DNA of 63,844 nucleotides, filler included, from Neolecta irregularis DAH-3 (Eukaryota): NCBI GenBank assembly GCA_001929475.1. It is 21 parts of 21 records of this genome, joined end to end, with 100 filler letters (N's around TTAATTAATTAA, not from the genome) between each part and the next. Parts side by side here need not be neighbours in the genome. Positions count along the whole stretch, not along the records: positions 47,683 to 55,027 come from LXFE01001294.1; positions 55,128 to 56,532 come from LXFE01001298.1; positions 56,633 to 59,258 come from LXFE01001301.1; positions 59,359 to 61,296 come from LXFE01001302.1; positions 61,397 to 63,844 come from LXFE01001303.1; 16 more parts are not named here. One strand, 5' to 3'. Shown piece by piece: positions 51,421 to 62,973 of this stretch (position 1 is its first letter; each line of letters starts with the position of its first letter). The notes under the pieces were generated by a model. It saw only the letters and a program-made list of their open reading frames with translations, ran no database searches and was not told where the DNA came from. The position numbers and the translations under genes were made by a program.

Positions 51421-52611
51421 CAGTGCACGGCCAGGGCGAGTAGCGCATCGGCAACCGCAGAGGCAACGCTGCGCCATGCTGCCACCGAAGAGTACAACCA
51501 CGGGTTCGCGATCAGCGCCTTCCCTCTACGTACTAATTTTCCGAGTTAATGACTTGGTGAACATGAGAGACTAACACCCGAGAAGCGAGCATAAATAGCT
51601 AGTCAGCTTAATACAAACCTTTAACCCTCGCTCGCCTGCCTCACCCAATCGCTTCCTCTCACTTCGCTGCCCATCACCTTCCTGTACCGCTGCCCCACAC
51701 CTGCGCATGGCTGCTTTGCAGCCTTGGTCAACCACCTGTTGCCGCAGCATACACTGCTAGTGCACAACCTGCACGGTCCGCTGCTGTGCCTACCGCCTGC
51801 CGCAGAAACCCGCCTGCTCAAGCTGCGTTCCTCTGCCAGCACCTGCACTGCTTCTATCTGTCCCTGCTTGCTGCTGATGCCCGCTGACCTGTCAACCCCT
51901 GCCCATCGCCTCCCTCCACCTCGATCTAACTATCCGCAATCCTTGCCCTCTGCAGTCCCAGGTGGAATGTCCTGCCTGCCACCCTCTACCTCCCATCTTA
52001 CTTCCCCATTGCCCCGCTTCTCCACATGCTGCCCATCATCCCTTTCCCACTCGCATCCCTCATTCTCTCTGTCGCCTGCTGCCATTACTGTGCAGTCACC
52101 CCCGCCCACCTCCATGTTATGTGTTATACTCATTACATCCTGTGTGGCCTATTCGCTCCTGACAATAAGTGACCTGTGATATCAAGATATATACTTAGTA
52201 TTCTACAATACTCCATAGTTCTCTACTGCAACACAGTGCACTGCAGTTTACCAGCCTCCCAGGAAGTAGAGATAAATAGACAAAGAGAAAAGGAAATGGG
52301 GTACGCCAGTATCTTTCTAGGCGGGCCAGAATGGTGAAGGATGACGCAGGGAGGGGGGAGGAAGGTTGGGTAGTTTCTCCTACGAAATACTAATATTTTG
52401 TTGACCGTGCCACAAGATCTTGGGCATAAACTTCAGACCAGCACCAGTCACAGGTTTCATATCACAAATAAGTAGGAAAACAGAAGCAAAACATATGGAA
52501 GCAAAGGGATGTATTTTCAAAGTCTGATGAGAGACTATGCAAACATGTTTACGAATATATCCTACCTATTCATTCACATTGTTGCTCATACTGCTAACAC
52601 GTTTTTTCAGC

Positions 52612-53125
52612 CTATGGAATCTCAACATAGTTTAAACGATCATTCCAAAAAAGAGTCTTTTGTCCATCACCTGCATATTAGCGTCTGTTCCAAAGATAAA
52701 AGACTTGCCCCATGGAAACCTTTTAACACGAATATTCATGAACGGATACTGCGGTCGTTCTTCTAGCGGTGGAAGATGACTCATATGCTCTTCATGCTCA
52801 CAGTCTGTTGTTAGATGAGAAAATGGGTCTGAAGATACAGAGTTGATAGGTAGAAACGGATGTAATTAAAACCATGGCAGGGACGACACTACACTCAAAA
52901 GATAATCCGAAAAAGTCCATACTAAACGGAAATCTTTCTCCAGAGGTCTACTTGTGAGCTCTATCATTGGAAATCCATACCAACAGTATCCGCCGCGTGC
53001 TGTTTGACTGCGTTTCGGTCCCTGATAAAGGCATTCTCCGGAATCTTATTAAAACTCTCTGGAATATTGGATACAAGCCGTCGTTGAATACGAGGTATTG
53101 CGCGGATAACAGATCGTCGAATCAT
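52612..53125 (-). CDS. COX13: Cytochrome c oxidase subunit 6A, multi-intron (not in the ORF track)
   Basis: Manual splicing: MIRRSVIRAIPR...NAFIRDRNAVKQHAADTVDLWRKIS...YPFMNIRVKRFPWGDGQKTLFWN. Confidence 0.9.
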
Positions 53126-53484
53126 TGTAGGTGGTTAGAGTGGAAAGGACACCACATATTGAAACCCCGAATAGTATGTCACATTGATACGTCCGTACTC
53201 GCAGACACAGCTGCATATGTTGTCACTATTAGTAATATCCAAAATCCATGGTCCTCTTCAAACGTTGCTTGTTCCTTGCGTTGAAACAGGAAAATTCGAC
53301 TTCTCACACATTATCTTGAGAGATTGATTTGTTAGCAAGAAATTGACCATTACAGGTTACATGTATTATAAAGTCGCTTCATAGTTTAGAAAATACGCGA
53401 GGAACAGAACTCCTGTGGAAAAGAGAATGGTGGACCTCTGACTGCGAGCGGTGTTGGAAGATCAAGTTCATACTTGTGTATCAT

Positions 53485-54219
53485 CTATCTATATGTCCAT
53501 TTATTTTTGCTCATCTTCCAGTCCCGGCATCTCTTCATCAACCGAACCATCATCTGCGTCATTGAAATCCGGCTCAGGGTCACCGCCAGCGCCCATTGAC
53601 GAGAAATCCATATTTCCAAAGTCCATTCCTCCACCGAACTTGGCAGAGATGTCTTCCTCGTCTTCTTGTTCGTCTTGGTCAACCCACTGGGTATATTAGC
53701 ATTCGAAGGAAAGGAATCAAATAGTAAATGGAAGGGAAAAACACTGCAATAGGCAAGACGCTGATCTGCCATCAAGGAACAAAGAAAAGATACCTTGTCG
53801 AAATCTGTCTTGATGAAATGCTCTTTCTTTGAACCTTTAACCAATCTTGGCCAGAATTCCTCGACAAGCTCTTTTTTCCGAAGTACTAGAAAGATATTTC
53901 GTGCCGTCGCGGATATCTTTGTTTGCTATCGAAAATCAGTTTATCCACAGTCAGACTAAGGAACCGTTTCATCAATCTCGCCATATAGCTCCAGAGTTAT
54001 ATCAACTTCGTTCGACCCAGAAACATCGAATCCTCTTACAGAGACAGAGGTAGAAGTAACGTCAATCTTTGGTTTCTGCAGGTCTGCCACGTTGATGGTT
54101 AGATAAACGACATTTTTCTCGGAATCATTAGCAGATGATCTCTGAGCCCAAAGGACTTCAATTAGCTTGAAATTGGTTGAAAGAAAGATACCTTCGGGTG
54201 TGATTTTCGTTGAGGGCAT
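53485..54219 (-). CDS. SBA1: Hsp90 co-chaperone p23 (Sba1/Wos2), multi-intron
   Basis: PE|VLWAQRS, VYLTINV, EFWPRL, FIKTDFDK|WVDQDEQEDE, acidic tail. Confidence 0.9.
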
Positions 54220-54455
54220 GTTCTGGTTTGGCGAAAAGTTTTGCGGTGGAGAGGTAGGAAATGACGTTAATCACTGTCAAGCACAGAAGATTCTAGAATC
54301 ACAATAGAAAATAGGTGATTATATACATCAGAGATACATGAATCAAGGCAATAGGTACTTTGTTGGATTATATGCATTTATTATCAATGTCTCTTGCGTC
54401 CAGTTCTTGCTTCATGTGTCACAAACCATGACATGATTTGAGATTGTCCAACATT

Positions 54456-54999
54456 CAGTGTTCCTAACAAATCAAATCAAACCAAATTTGGACTTCCATT
54501 TGATTTGGTTTGATTAGTAGGGGTCTCATTTGGTTTGATTTGGTTTATTTGATTCATTGAATCCTAATTAGCCTCTTACATAATCTGGGTTAGGAGATGA
54601 ACCAGGAATATTGAAAAGCAAGTATAAATTGCTATATTATGTATATAATTCTTTGTGTCGATTTAAATATTTACAAGGGAACTGACAGGGAGGTGGGGGT
54701 GGGCAAGACGGGTAGGCAAGACTGATGGGCCAATCAGGCCAAACAGGCGCGTGAGGTGGGAGAGATTAGAGATGGGAGTATGAGGTGGGCGGGTGAGGCA
54801 GGAAAGGCGGGTGAGGCAAGCAAGTCAGGCGAGAGGGAGAGGCGCGTGAGGAGGGCGAGTGGGAGAGGCATTCGAGTCGGGTGAGACGAGAGAGGCGGGC
54901 GGGCGAGTCGGGCAGGCGAAACGGGAGAGGCGGGCAGGAGAGGCAGGAGAGTCGGGCGGGCAAGCAGGCCGAGTACCGTCCAGTCGGTTAGGAACGCTG
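54456..54999. mobile_element. Non-autonomous TIR element, 544 bp
   Basis: TIRs CAGTGTTCCTAAC / GTTAGGAACGCTG (12/13 match); subterminal AATCAAACCAAAT inverted repeats; purine-rich array inside. Confidence 0.7.
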
Positions 55000-55127
55000 T
55001 ATGCAGCACTGCCCTAACTTACAATAANNNNNNNNNNNNNNNNNNNNNNNNNNNNNNNNNNNNNNNNNNNNTTAATTAATTAANNNNNNNNNNNNNNNNN
55101 NNNNNNNNNNNNNNNNNNNNNNNNNNN

Positions 55128-55769
55128 AAGGCCTTTCTGCTGCGCATGGTCGCTGCGCGGGTTGGTGCCCTCGCCGCTGCCGCTGCCCGCCGCTGACCGC
55201 CGCGCCCCGCAGCACGCCGCCCTCGGCGACCCGCCCTGTCCGACCCTGCGCGCCCTCGAGGCCTACGCCGACGCCACCCACTCCTCCCTGCTGTACCTGC
55301 TGCTCGAGGCCCTGTCGTTCAGATCCACCGCCCTCGACCACGCCGCCTCCCACATCGGCAAGGCCGCCGGCATCGCCGCCCTCCTCCGCGCCCTGCCGCT
55401 CCTCGCCTCCCGCGGCTCCGTCCCGCTGCCCCTCGATCTCTGTGCACAGTACAACCTCTGCCAGCAAGACGTCCTCGCCCGCCGCCCCTCGCCCGCCCTG
55501 CAGGACGTCGTCTACCACCTCGCCCTGCAGGCAAACTCCCACCTGCTTCTCGCTACTGCTGCTGCACAATTCCCCCCTGCCGCCATATCCGTCCTTCTCG
55601 CCGCCGTTGTCCGTGCTTCCTGTCCCTGCTAACCTGCCAGGTCCCGCCAAAAATCTACCTCGAGCGCCTCCAGCGCGCAAACTTCCACCCCTTTGATCCC
55701 GGTTTGCAGAACAGAGATTGGAATCTGCCATACAGACTCTGCAAAGCTTATATTACTAAATCGATCTGA
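55128..55769 (+). CDS. NDUFAF6: Complex I assembly factor NDUFAF6 (squalene/phytoene synthase-like), 5' truncated
   Basis: LEAYADATHSSLLYLLLE, DHAASHIGKAAGIAALLRALP, YLERLQRANF. Confidence 0.85.
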
Positions 55770-55775
55770 TCTGTC

Positions 55776-55890
55776 TTGATTCCGTGTCTTGACCGTTATC
55801 ACGTGATTTAATCTGTGTTGATTCCGTGTCTTAACCGTTATCACGTGATTTAATCTGTGTTGATTCCGTGTCTTAACCGTTGTCACGTGA
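55776..55890. repeat. 42-bp tandem repeat x~3 with TCACGTGA sites in the RPA3 promoter
   Basis: Unit TTGATTCCGTGTCTTAACCGTTATCACGTGATTTAATCTGTG. Confidence 0.9.
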
Positions 55891-55934
55891 TACACATATT
55901 TGAACCATTGTCACGTGAATTCTCGTCGACCTCC

Positions 55935-56311
55935 ATGGACAAACCAACTCCCAGAATCAATGCTCCCCGTCTAGAGAAAAATATAGGTCTTTCAGTCCGT
56001 CTGGTCGGTAAAGTAAAGAAATTGCAGCACGACACAGCCATCATCGATTCTCTCGGAGATGTCACTATTCGCTTGACAAGAGTAATCCCAACATCCACAC
56101 AACTAACAACAAAGGACTCCAATTTCGATATTGGAAAGTTTTACGAAATCATTGGGAAAGTCAATGCTGATCTATCAATCTCCATTTACGCTTCAACTGA
56201 CTTTGGTTCAAATATCGGTATATCCAGTGTTTTCATATCTGACAACAAGATATAGACATTTACAACTCCCTAGTCGATATTTCACATAAATATACAGAGA
56301 TATTTACTTGA
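55935..56311 (+). CDS. RPA3: Replication protein A 14-kDa subunit (RPA3/Ssb3), 2 introns
   Basis: MDKPTPRINA..VRLVGKV, YEIIGKVNADLSI, TDFG. Confidence 0.88.
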
Positions 56312-56319
56312 TGTCGAAT

Positions 56320-56480
56320 TACGTGTTAGAATTGCGAATTGAATTACATGAATGAATTACGTGATTAGAATTGCATGAATTACATGAATTGAATTGCATG
56401 AATTGAATTGCATGAATTGAATTACATGAATTGAATTACATGAATTGAATTACATGAATTGAATTACATTGAATTTACAT
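56320..56480. repeat. (GAATTACAT/GAATT)n minisatellite
   Basis: Direct reading. Confidence 0.85.
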
Positions 56481-56632
56481 TCAGTACATTCACTTCATTC
56501 ACTTACATCCACTTACATTCAATTCAGTATATNNNNNNNNNNNNNNNNNNNNNNNNNNNNNNNNNNNNNNNNNNNNTTAATTAATTAANNNNNNNNNNNN
56601 NNNNNNNNNNNNNNNNNNNNNNNNNNNNNNNN

Positions 56633-59258
56633 CCTGGTTGGATGGATCCGAGTACTGGGTGTTGGGGTCAACATATTTTCCTGTTTCCTCCTCAAATTTA
56701 GATTCCTTCTCAAATCCAGATTCTTCACTAGAACCAAGGTTTGGTTCGCTTTCTCCATCTTCGAACCGAAACTCCTCCTCTGATTCTTTCTCAGAGTCTC
56801 CCTCATATCCATCCTCAGATCGAGTTGGCTGTACTTCAGCATTTTGAGGACTACTATTCAGAACTACTGCAATATAAGAATTGAGAACTGGATGGAGACA
56901 TACTCAGATTATCGTCCTCATCAAATTCGTCCTCAAATTCAGATTCTTCACCAGAACTAAGGTTTTGTTCGCTTTCTCCATCTGGCTCGGTCAGATCTCT
57001 TCGAATTCCCGATGTCTCCATTTCTAGGTTTGGCCATGGCAAAGGAGCGAAAAATCCTTGATTCGCATTGGGCTTAGTAGTGCTTGGTGAATCTATGTCA
57101 AAATTTGAGGACTTTCCTGATTTCCTATCAACTGCTGTGTGGTCTGCCGTTGTATCGGCTTCTTCTGTTGGAGTTTCTACAGTTGTGGACGTTAGCTGTG
57201 AAGGCAACATGATCTCTCTCTTCGGTGGTACATATCGTCCGTCATCTGGTGGCATCATTTGTTCATCAATATTTACAAGATCATTTTCAGTATCGAGGTG
57301 GGAACTTGCAAGAACTATGATTTAGTTTTATATCAATAACCAATGTACCTGAGTGGGCTATCCCAGTATATTCCTCTGCCACCTCAATCATATCATTACT
57401 GCCATCTTCTTTCTCAGAAGAATCGGGAACTCCTATGATTGAACCAATCGGAGATTGAATTATAGAAGTTGATGGTTCAGGACTATTCCGGACAAACTCT
57501 TCCTGTTGAACCCCTGACAAAGAGGTATGAACATTTGGTCTTTCATTGATTCGCGTTTTCATAATATGGCTTTGAGGGAAAACCTCTTCCTATGCATTGT
57601 TAAACAGGAAACCACTTTAGCACTTACAGGGCGTCTTGCATTTGGTTGTGACTCTATATTTTGACTCTTTCTCTCAAATTGTCGATTAGCACGACTTTTC
57701 CCACTGAACACTGGTTTAGTACGTTTATGAACCTTTTTTGTTCTATTATCCATGGTCTTCTTTTCCTTTCCCTTATTCCTTGGGTTGATTTTACCAATAG
57801 AATCGCCTGAATCTGCACCTGGTTTGGGGGACCTTGATCCAGCATGCTCTGCAGCCTTCAATTGAGGAGTAACTGGGGTGATAGGATCAACAGGGGTTGT
57901 GATTGGTGTGTGTAGAGACTCTCTTCTAGGCGGGGATTCTAACGATGGTTCGATTTGAATATCATGGGTATCTATATGTGGGTTCTCGGGTGTGGATGGC
58001 GTTTGGTTAGGAAATGAGTGAGTAAATGAATCCGACTCTTGATGATCTATTTCATCGCGAGGGTTCGATTTATCAGAGCTGCTTGTACCAATCGTAGATT
58101 CCGCGATAGATGTTTGTGAGCTTGTTTCTGTTGAACTTTCCAGTGGATTCTCCCCTTGTTCGTTGGAATGAATTACGTTGGGTAGTGTTTGATCATCTTT
58201 GTTAGCAGGACTTGAAACTCCTTTGCCCAATATAGTTTTATGAGGTTGGTCAACCGTAGTAATGACTTTGTCTTTAGCAAATATGTCTATAGCCATTGAT
58301 TTACCATCTGGATTTATTATGTCGGGAATGTTTGTGTTATGATTTGATAACTGCTTGATTATTTCTTCACGCTGCTCTTGGGCAGTTAGTTCTACATATT
58401 AATTCACTGAAACTGAGACTCAGAAATCACCTGTATTATCAATGCACGGACCATCAGATTTTGGATCTTCAAGATCGACGTCAATATAAGGTATATTTGG
58501 GAAACTGTTCGCCGAGGAAGATGAAGCTATATAATGAAGTTTTTCACCGATGTCGACATTCGTAAAAGGTCCTATACATCAGAAACTGAAAATCGGGATC
58601 TCACAACTTTTACCGGAAGAATACGTGGTCGATCCCTGATCTGGAGCCTTTGGAGAAGAACCTTGTTCCATAGTTTCATTTTGTTCAGTGGAATGGGTAT
58701 TATTGGAATCTAATAACGTTCGATCTTCGACTAGGACTGTATCTTCATTTGACTCAATTTTCTCTTGCTCAACATTGTGCCTGCCTTCATTGGATATCTC
58801 TTCAACAATCTCTTGATTGGTTGTACTTGCAATAACGGTTGGTACTATAACTTAGTTTTTGTTTCATTGGCATATACCATCAGTTTGTTGTCTATGTAAA
58901 GCTTCAGGGAGAATCTCTTCCCCAGACACCATTACTGGTAAAATGTCAACTGGAGGAACAATATCAGTCATATCCTGGTAGAGGTCTACGACCTTGGGTG
59001 TTAAATCTTCTATCCATCTATTGGGTGTCTCAGGAACAAGTGATTCCTCAATCTTGTTGGTATATGAGGGACTACCAGTTCCTTCATCGGTGTCTAGGTC
59101 ATCCTCGGCTGGCTCGGTCAGTCGAATTTCCGATGTCTCCACTTCTAGGTTTGGCCACGGCATAGGAGTGAAAAATCCTTGATTCGCATTGAGCTTAGTA
59201 GTGCTTGGTGAATCTGTATCTAAATTTGAGGACTCTCCTGATTTTCCATCATCTGCTG
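56633..59258 (-). CDS. Large low-complexity Ser/Thr/Glu/Pro-rich hypothetical protein with internal repeats, both ends truncated
   Basis: Successive minus-strand ORFs separated by short intron-like gaps; block ..STTK[PL]NANQGFF[AT]P[LM]PWPNLE.ETS.IR occurs twice. Confidence 0.5.
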
Positions 59259-59739
59259 NNNNNNNNNNNNNNNNNNNNNNNNNNNNNNNNNNNNNNNNNN
59301 NNTTAATTAATTAANNNNNNNNNNNNNNNNNNNNNNNNNNNNNNNNNNNNNNNNNNNNGGTTCTACCTTCTGTTAAAAATTGGAATATAGAAGATAGCGT
59401 TCGTGATCATATTAGGAAGACGTTAAGCGATTTAAGTATTTAGGGGCAGGGGCTACTCTGCGGATCTCATTTGTGCCGGGCGAGTACTGTGTGGGGTGTC
59501 TGATGGGCCTAACTTGCCTAACCCACATGGGAAATGCCATAAAAAATGATAAATGTATCATGTGAGAAATATTTCTATGCAGTTTCATGGAACAATGTCA
59601 TTTTATTTTCATGGATATCTTCAGGATTTGCAAAGTCCATTACTCTGGGATTGGAATTGTCAGCACACAACCTGGGGTTGGGTGCTGATGTAGACTTGGA
59701 TAATATCACCACATCCTTGATTCTCTACAATTCCCTCAC

Positions 59740-60490
59740 CTACCCGCCTCGCCTGCCCATCTCTTCAGCCTTGCGTGCCTGTCTCGCACCTCACCAGTCT
59801 CTCCCACCTCATGCTCCTGCCTCACCCACCTAACTTACCTCGTCTTTCCTGACCCACCCGCCTGTCCCACTTTCTAGTCCCACCCGACTTTCCAATCCTG
59901 CCCGCCTTTCCCATCCCACCAGTCCCTCCTTCCTCTCCTATCTCTCCGTACCGCCCGTGTCTACTCTCCTAGCCCGCCCGTGCCTCCTCTCCTGTCCCGC
60001 GCATTCCGTCCCTCCTTGCCCCTCTCGCCTCGCCTGTCCCGCGCATTCCGTCCCTCCTTGCCCCTCTCGCCTCGCCTGTCCCGAGCATCCCTCCTACCTC
60101 ACCTAACCCGCGCGTCCCTCCTGCCCCGCTTGGCCCTCCCGCCTCACTCGTCCTGCGCATCCCTCCCGCCTCGCCCGTCCCGCTCTTCCCTTCTACCTCG
60201 CCCATCCCGCTATTCCCTCCCGCCTCACTCGTCCTGCGCGTCCCTCCCCCCTTGCCCGTCCCGCTCTTCCCTCCCCCCTTGCCCGTCCCGCTCTTCCCTC
60301 CTGCCTCGCCCGTCCCGCTTCTCCCTCCCGCCTCACTCGTCCCGCGCATCCCTCCCGTCTTGCTAGTCCTGCTTGTCTGTCCCACCTCGCCTGTCCCGCG
60401 CATCCATCCCGCCTCACTCATCCTGCACCCATCCCTCTTCCCCTGTCCCGCTTCGCCCATCCTGCTGGTCCCTCCCGCCTTGCCTGTACA
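59740..60490 (+). repeat. Long CCTCCCGCCTCGCCCGTCCCGC degenerate array
   Basis: Same unit as 2225-2500. Confidence 0.85.
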
Positions 60491-61170
60491 GGTGGTAAAA
60501 GGCATGTGGTAACATTCACTACAGTACTATTGCCTACACTATTCTCGCCTACTCTAACTATGAGGCATTGCACCGCCCATTGCACACACTGCCCCACACT
60601 GCACTGTGCCTCGACTGTCTATTCCATCTCCCGTCCCTAGCCTGCACCTGTTTGCATGAACAATTGGCTGCATGCGCTGTGGTATAAGGGTTCAGCGTCA
60701 GGGGTCAGATTCTGCCTTCCCCCTCTCCAGCCTCCGCCCCTCTCCAATGGTTACCCTCGTCCCCACAAAGGCCTCCCTGCCTGGCCCCGCCATCGCCATC
60801 CGGCACACTGCTACAGAACCTGCCGCCGCTGAATCGTTACTCTTCGCGGCCGCTCTGAACTGAGGCTCCGCGTTCATCGAGACCCCTTCGCCCCTGGAGC
60901 CGCCTCCCTCGTCCTCGCCACCTCCCTGCGCTGCTGCCCTAGCTCTCCGTGAAGGCATATACACCGACTCAGGCTCTGCGACACCACGCTCGCTCGCGAC
61001 GCCTTCTCCCGCCGCCGTCTACAGCCGCCCGAGCTGCACTGCGCGAGGCCGCATGGCTCCCCCGCTCCCGCAGCGCCGCAGCCACGCAGGCGTCGAGACC
61101 GGGGCCGCGCTCGCCCACATGTTTCGCGGATGCGCTTCCACAGTCTTCGATCGCTCGCCTGCCCGAACTG

Positions 61171-61296
61171 CTGCCCTCACTTCTCCTCCCAGATGCCCCC
61201 GATTCCCTCACCCATGACCGCTACGACCCACCCCAGATCTTCGTCAAGGCCTAAGACTACGGCCTCTACTCCTCCACAGACGACTACCCAGACCAG
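61171..61296 (+). pseudogene. Duplicated, internally deleted fragment of the C2H2 TF gene at 16128
   Basis: Aligns to 16319-16387 and 16497-16562; CAA>TAA stop; last 44 nt identical. Confidence 0.85.
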
Positions 61297-61396
61297 NNNN
61301 NNNNNNNNNNNNNNNNNNNNNNNNNNNNNNNNNNNNNNNNTTAATTAATTAANNNNNNNNNNNNNNNNNNNNNNNNNNNNNNNNNNNNNNNNNNNN

Positions 61397-62775
61397 ATGC
61401 GAACGTTATTTGCACTGCATCTTTTCTCGACGATCATTTCGAGAAGTCTAATGATGTTTTCGACAAAGATGTATTTTTTGAGAATCCAGTAGACTCATGG
61501 TTGCGGGGCGGAAGGATAACTCAAGATCTTGCAACATCCTTATGTGCAGAGGAATGCAACCAAAATCCGAATATTTGCAAGTCCTTCGTCATATTGGAGA
61601 GCTCGAGCATGGGAACATGGGAATTTGTCACCTCCGTAAAAGGCTACCCGGACTCGGGGGGCGAATTCGAATGTCTGAAATTTGGCACCCCTTCATCAAA
61701 GATTGTTACGCATCCAGCCTTTGGACTCCGTACTTTGAAAGTTGTGCGAGCAGTGTACAAGTAAGCACCTGCGATTGAATGGAAAGTCTGATATTCAAGT
61801 ATTCTTGAACAACGAACATTTTCTCTCAAAGATATTTCTCGTGATATGAAAAATAAATCAGGAGAAGATTGGGCGAAGGATATTTTAAAAAGATATGGGG
61901 GATCTTCAGTATTCTCTCCGGACGCCATTGAAGAATTCTACCTGCCTCTTTTACTCTTGTGCAGGATCATTGCGATGGATGCCACCCAACCAATATCATT
62001 TAATTTTGCGAATAATATTCTTTTCGATGGTCAAGAAACGGGACACAACGAAAATGAAGAGCGACCGCGCAAAAAACGCAAAGTGAATCAGGAAGCCGGA
62101 GAAAAGACGTCTACTCAAATGATTAACACAGACCTAGCTTCATGGACAGTTCCTTCGAGAGCATGCTCTTCACCAGAGTGCTTTCAAGCTATGGCGTTGA
62201 CTTTTCTACAAATACTCGGCGGGAATATTCGTGGAGGAATTCCCACTCGTTTTAATGAGGAAAATCGGGATTTAATTTTTGAAGAAGGGGATCTGCACCT
62301 ACTCGTTGGTTTCCCTCGCCTTGGAGAGTATATTATAATATGGGACCCTCCAAATGACGCCGATGAAACTGTAGCACAGATATATGCAGCCAATGCAAAC
62401 GGGGGCCACGCCCCGATGGCGGAGAATATTAACAAGTATTATGAAATCTTTTCAGGATTACCGAATGGTCTTGGCCACACATATCTTAAAGATTTTGATG
62501 ATTATGACTCTTTCAAAGATGATGATGTGGAAGTGGTGATAACAAAAGTTGTTCTACAGGTGGCAGACATATTACTTAGGCCCCATCAAGCTTACGTTGC
62601 GACATTTTTTGAACTGACAAGAGCTACACCATTCATTCGAGATCTCATGGCAATCGTGGTCTTTAACGACTATGAGAAGAATCTGAAATCCAGTTCAGCT
62701 CGATCTCAAATAAGCAACAGCCGATTACGACCACATTACATGGATACAGTCATTCTAACCAACAATAATACTTGA
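61397..62775 (+). CDS. PAN/Apple-like module protein with NLS and C-terminal domain, 5' truncated
   Basis: CAEECNQNPNICKSFVIL...C; intron ~61761-61799 at the same position as in the 49576 gene; PRKKRKV. Confidence 0.72.
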
Positions 62776-62973
62776 GAATATCCTTAAAGGACCCATGCCG
62801 GCAAGGATTGTAGGCACCCGTGCTGTCTTGTTAGATAGCCAATTGTTTAGCAGTTTATGTACTTGATCTAATCAGTGTAAACGGCATCTTCTTAAAACTC
62901 AGCAGATGAATGGATCGGCTCAGTGGCGTTAGGATCCTGGTGCTGTCTCAAAGGTTGACATTTACATATGCAT

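Noticed and set aside
55776..55890. Possible CRISPR array
   Set aside because: Head-to-tail repeats with no unique spacers, no cas genes, eukaryotic context
59969..60512. Pro/Ser/Arg- or Gly-rich ORFs over the C/T arrays (also 2055-2621, 51140-51574, 54734-55009)
   Set aside because: Open in several frames on both strands only because the low-complexity repeat lacks stop codons
61171..61296. RIP-like mutation signature in the duplicated TF fragment
   Set aside because: Too few substitutions, including transversions, to support it
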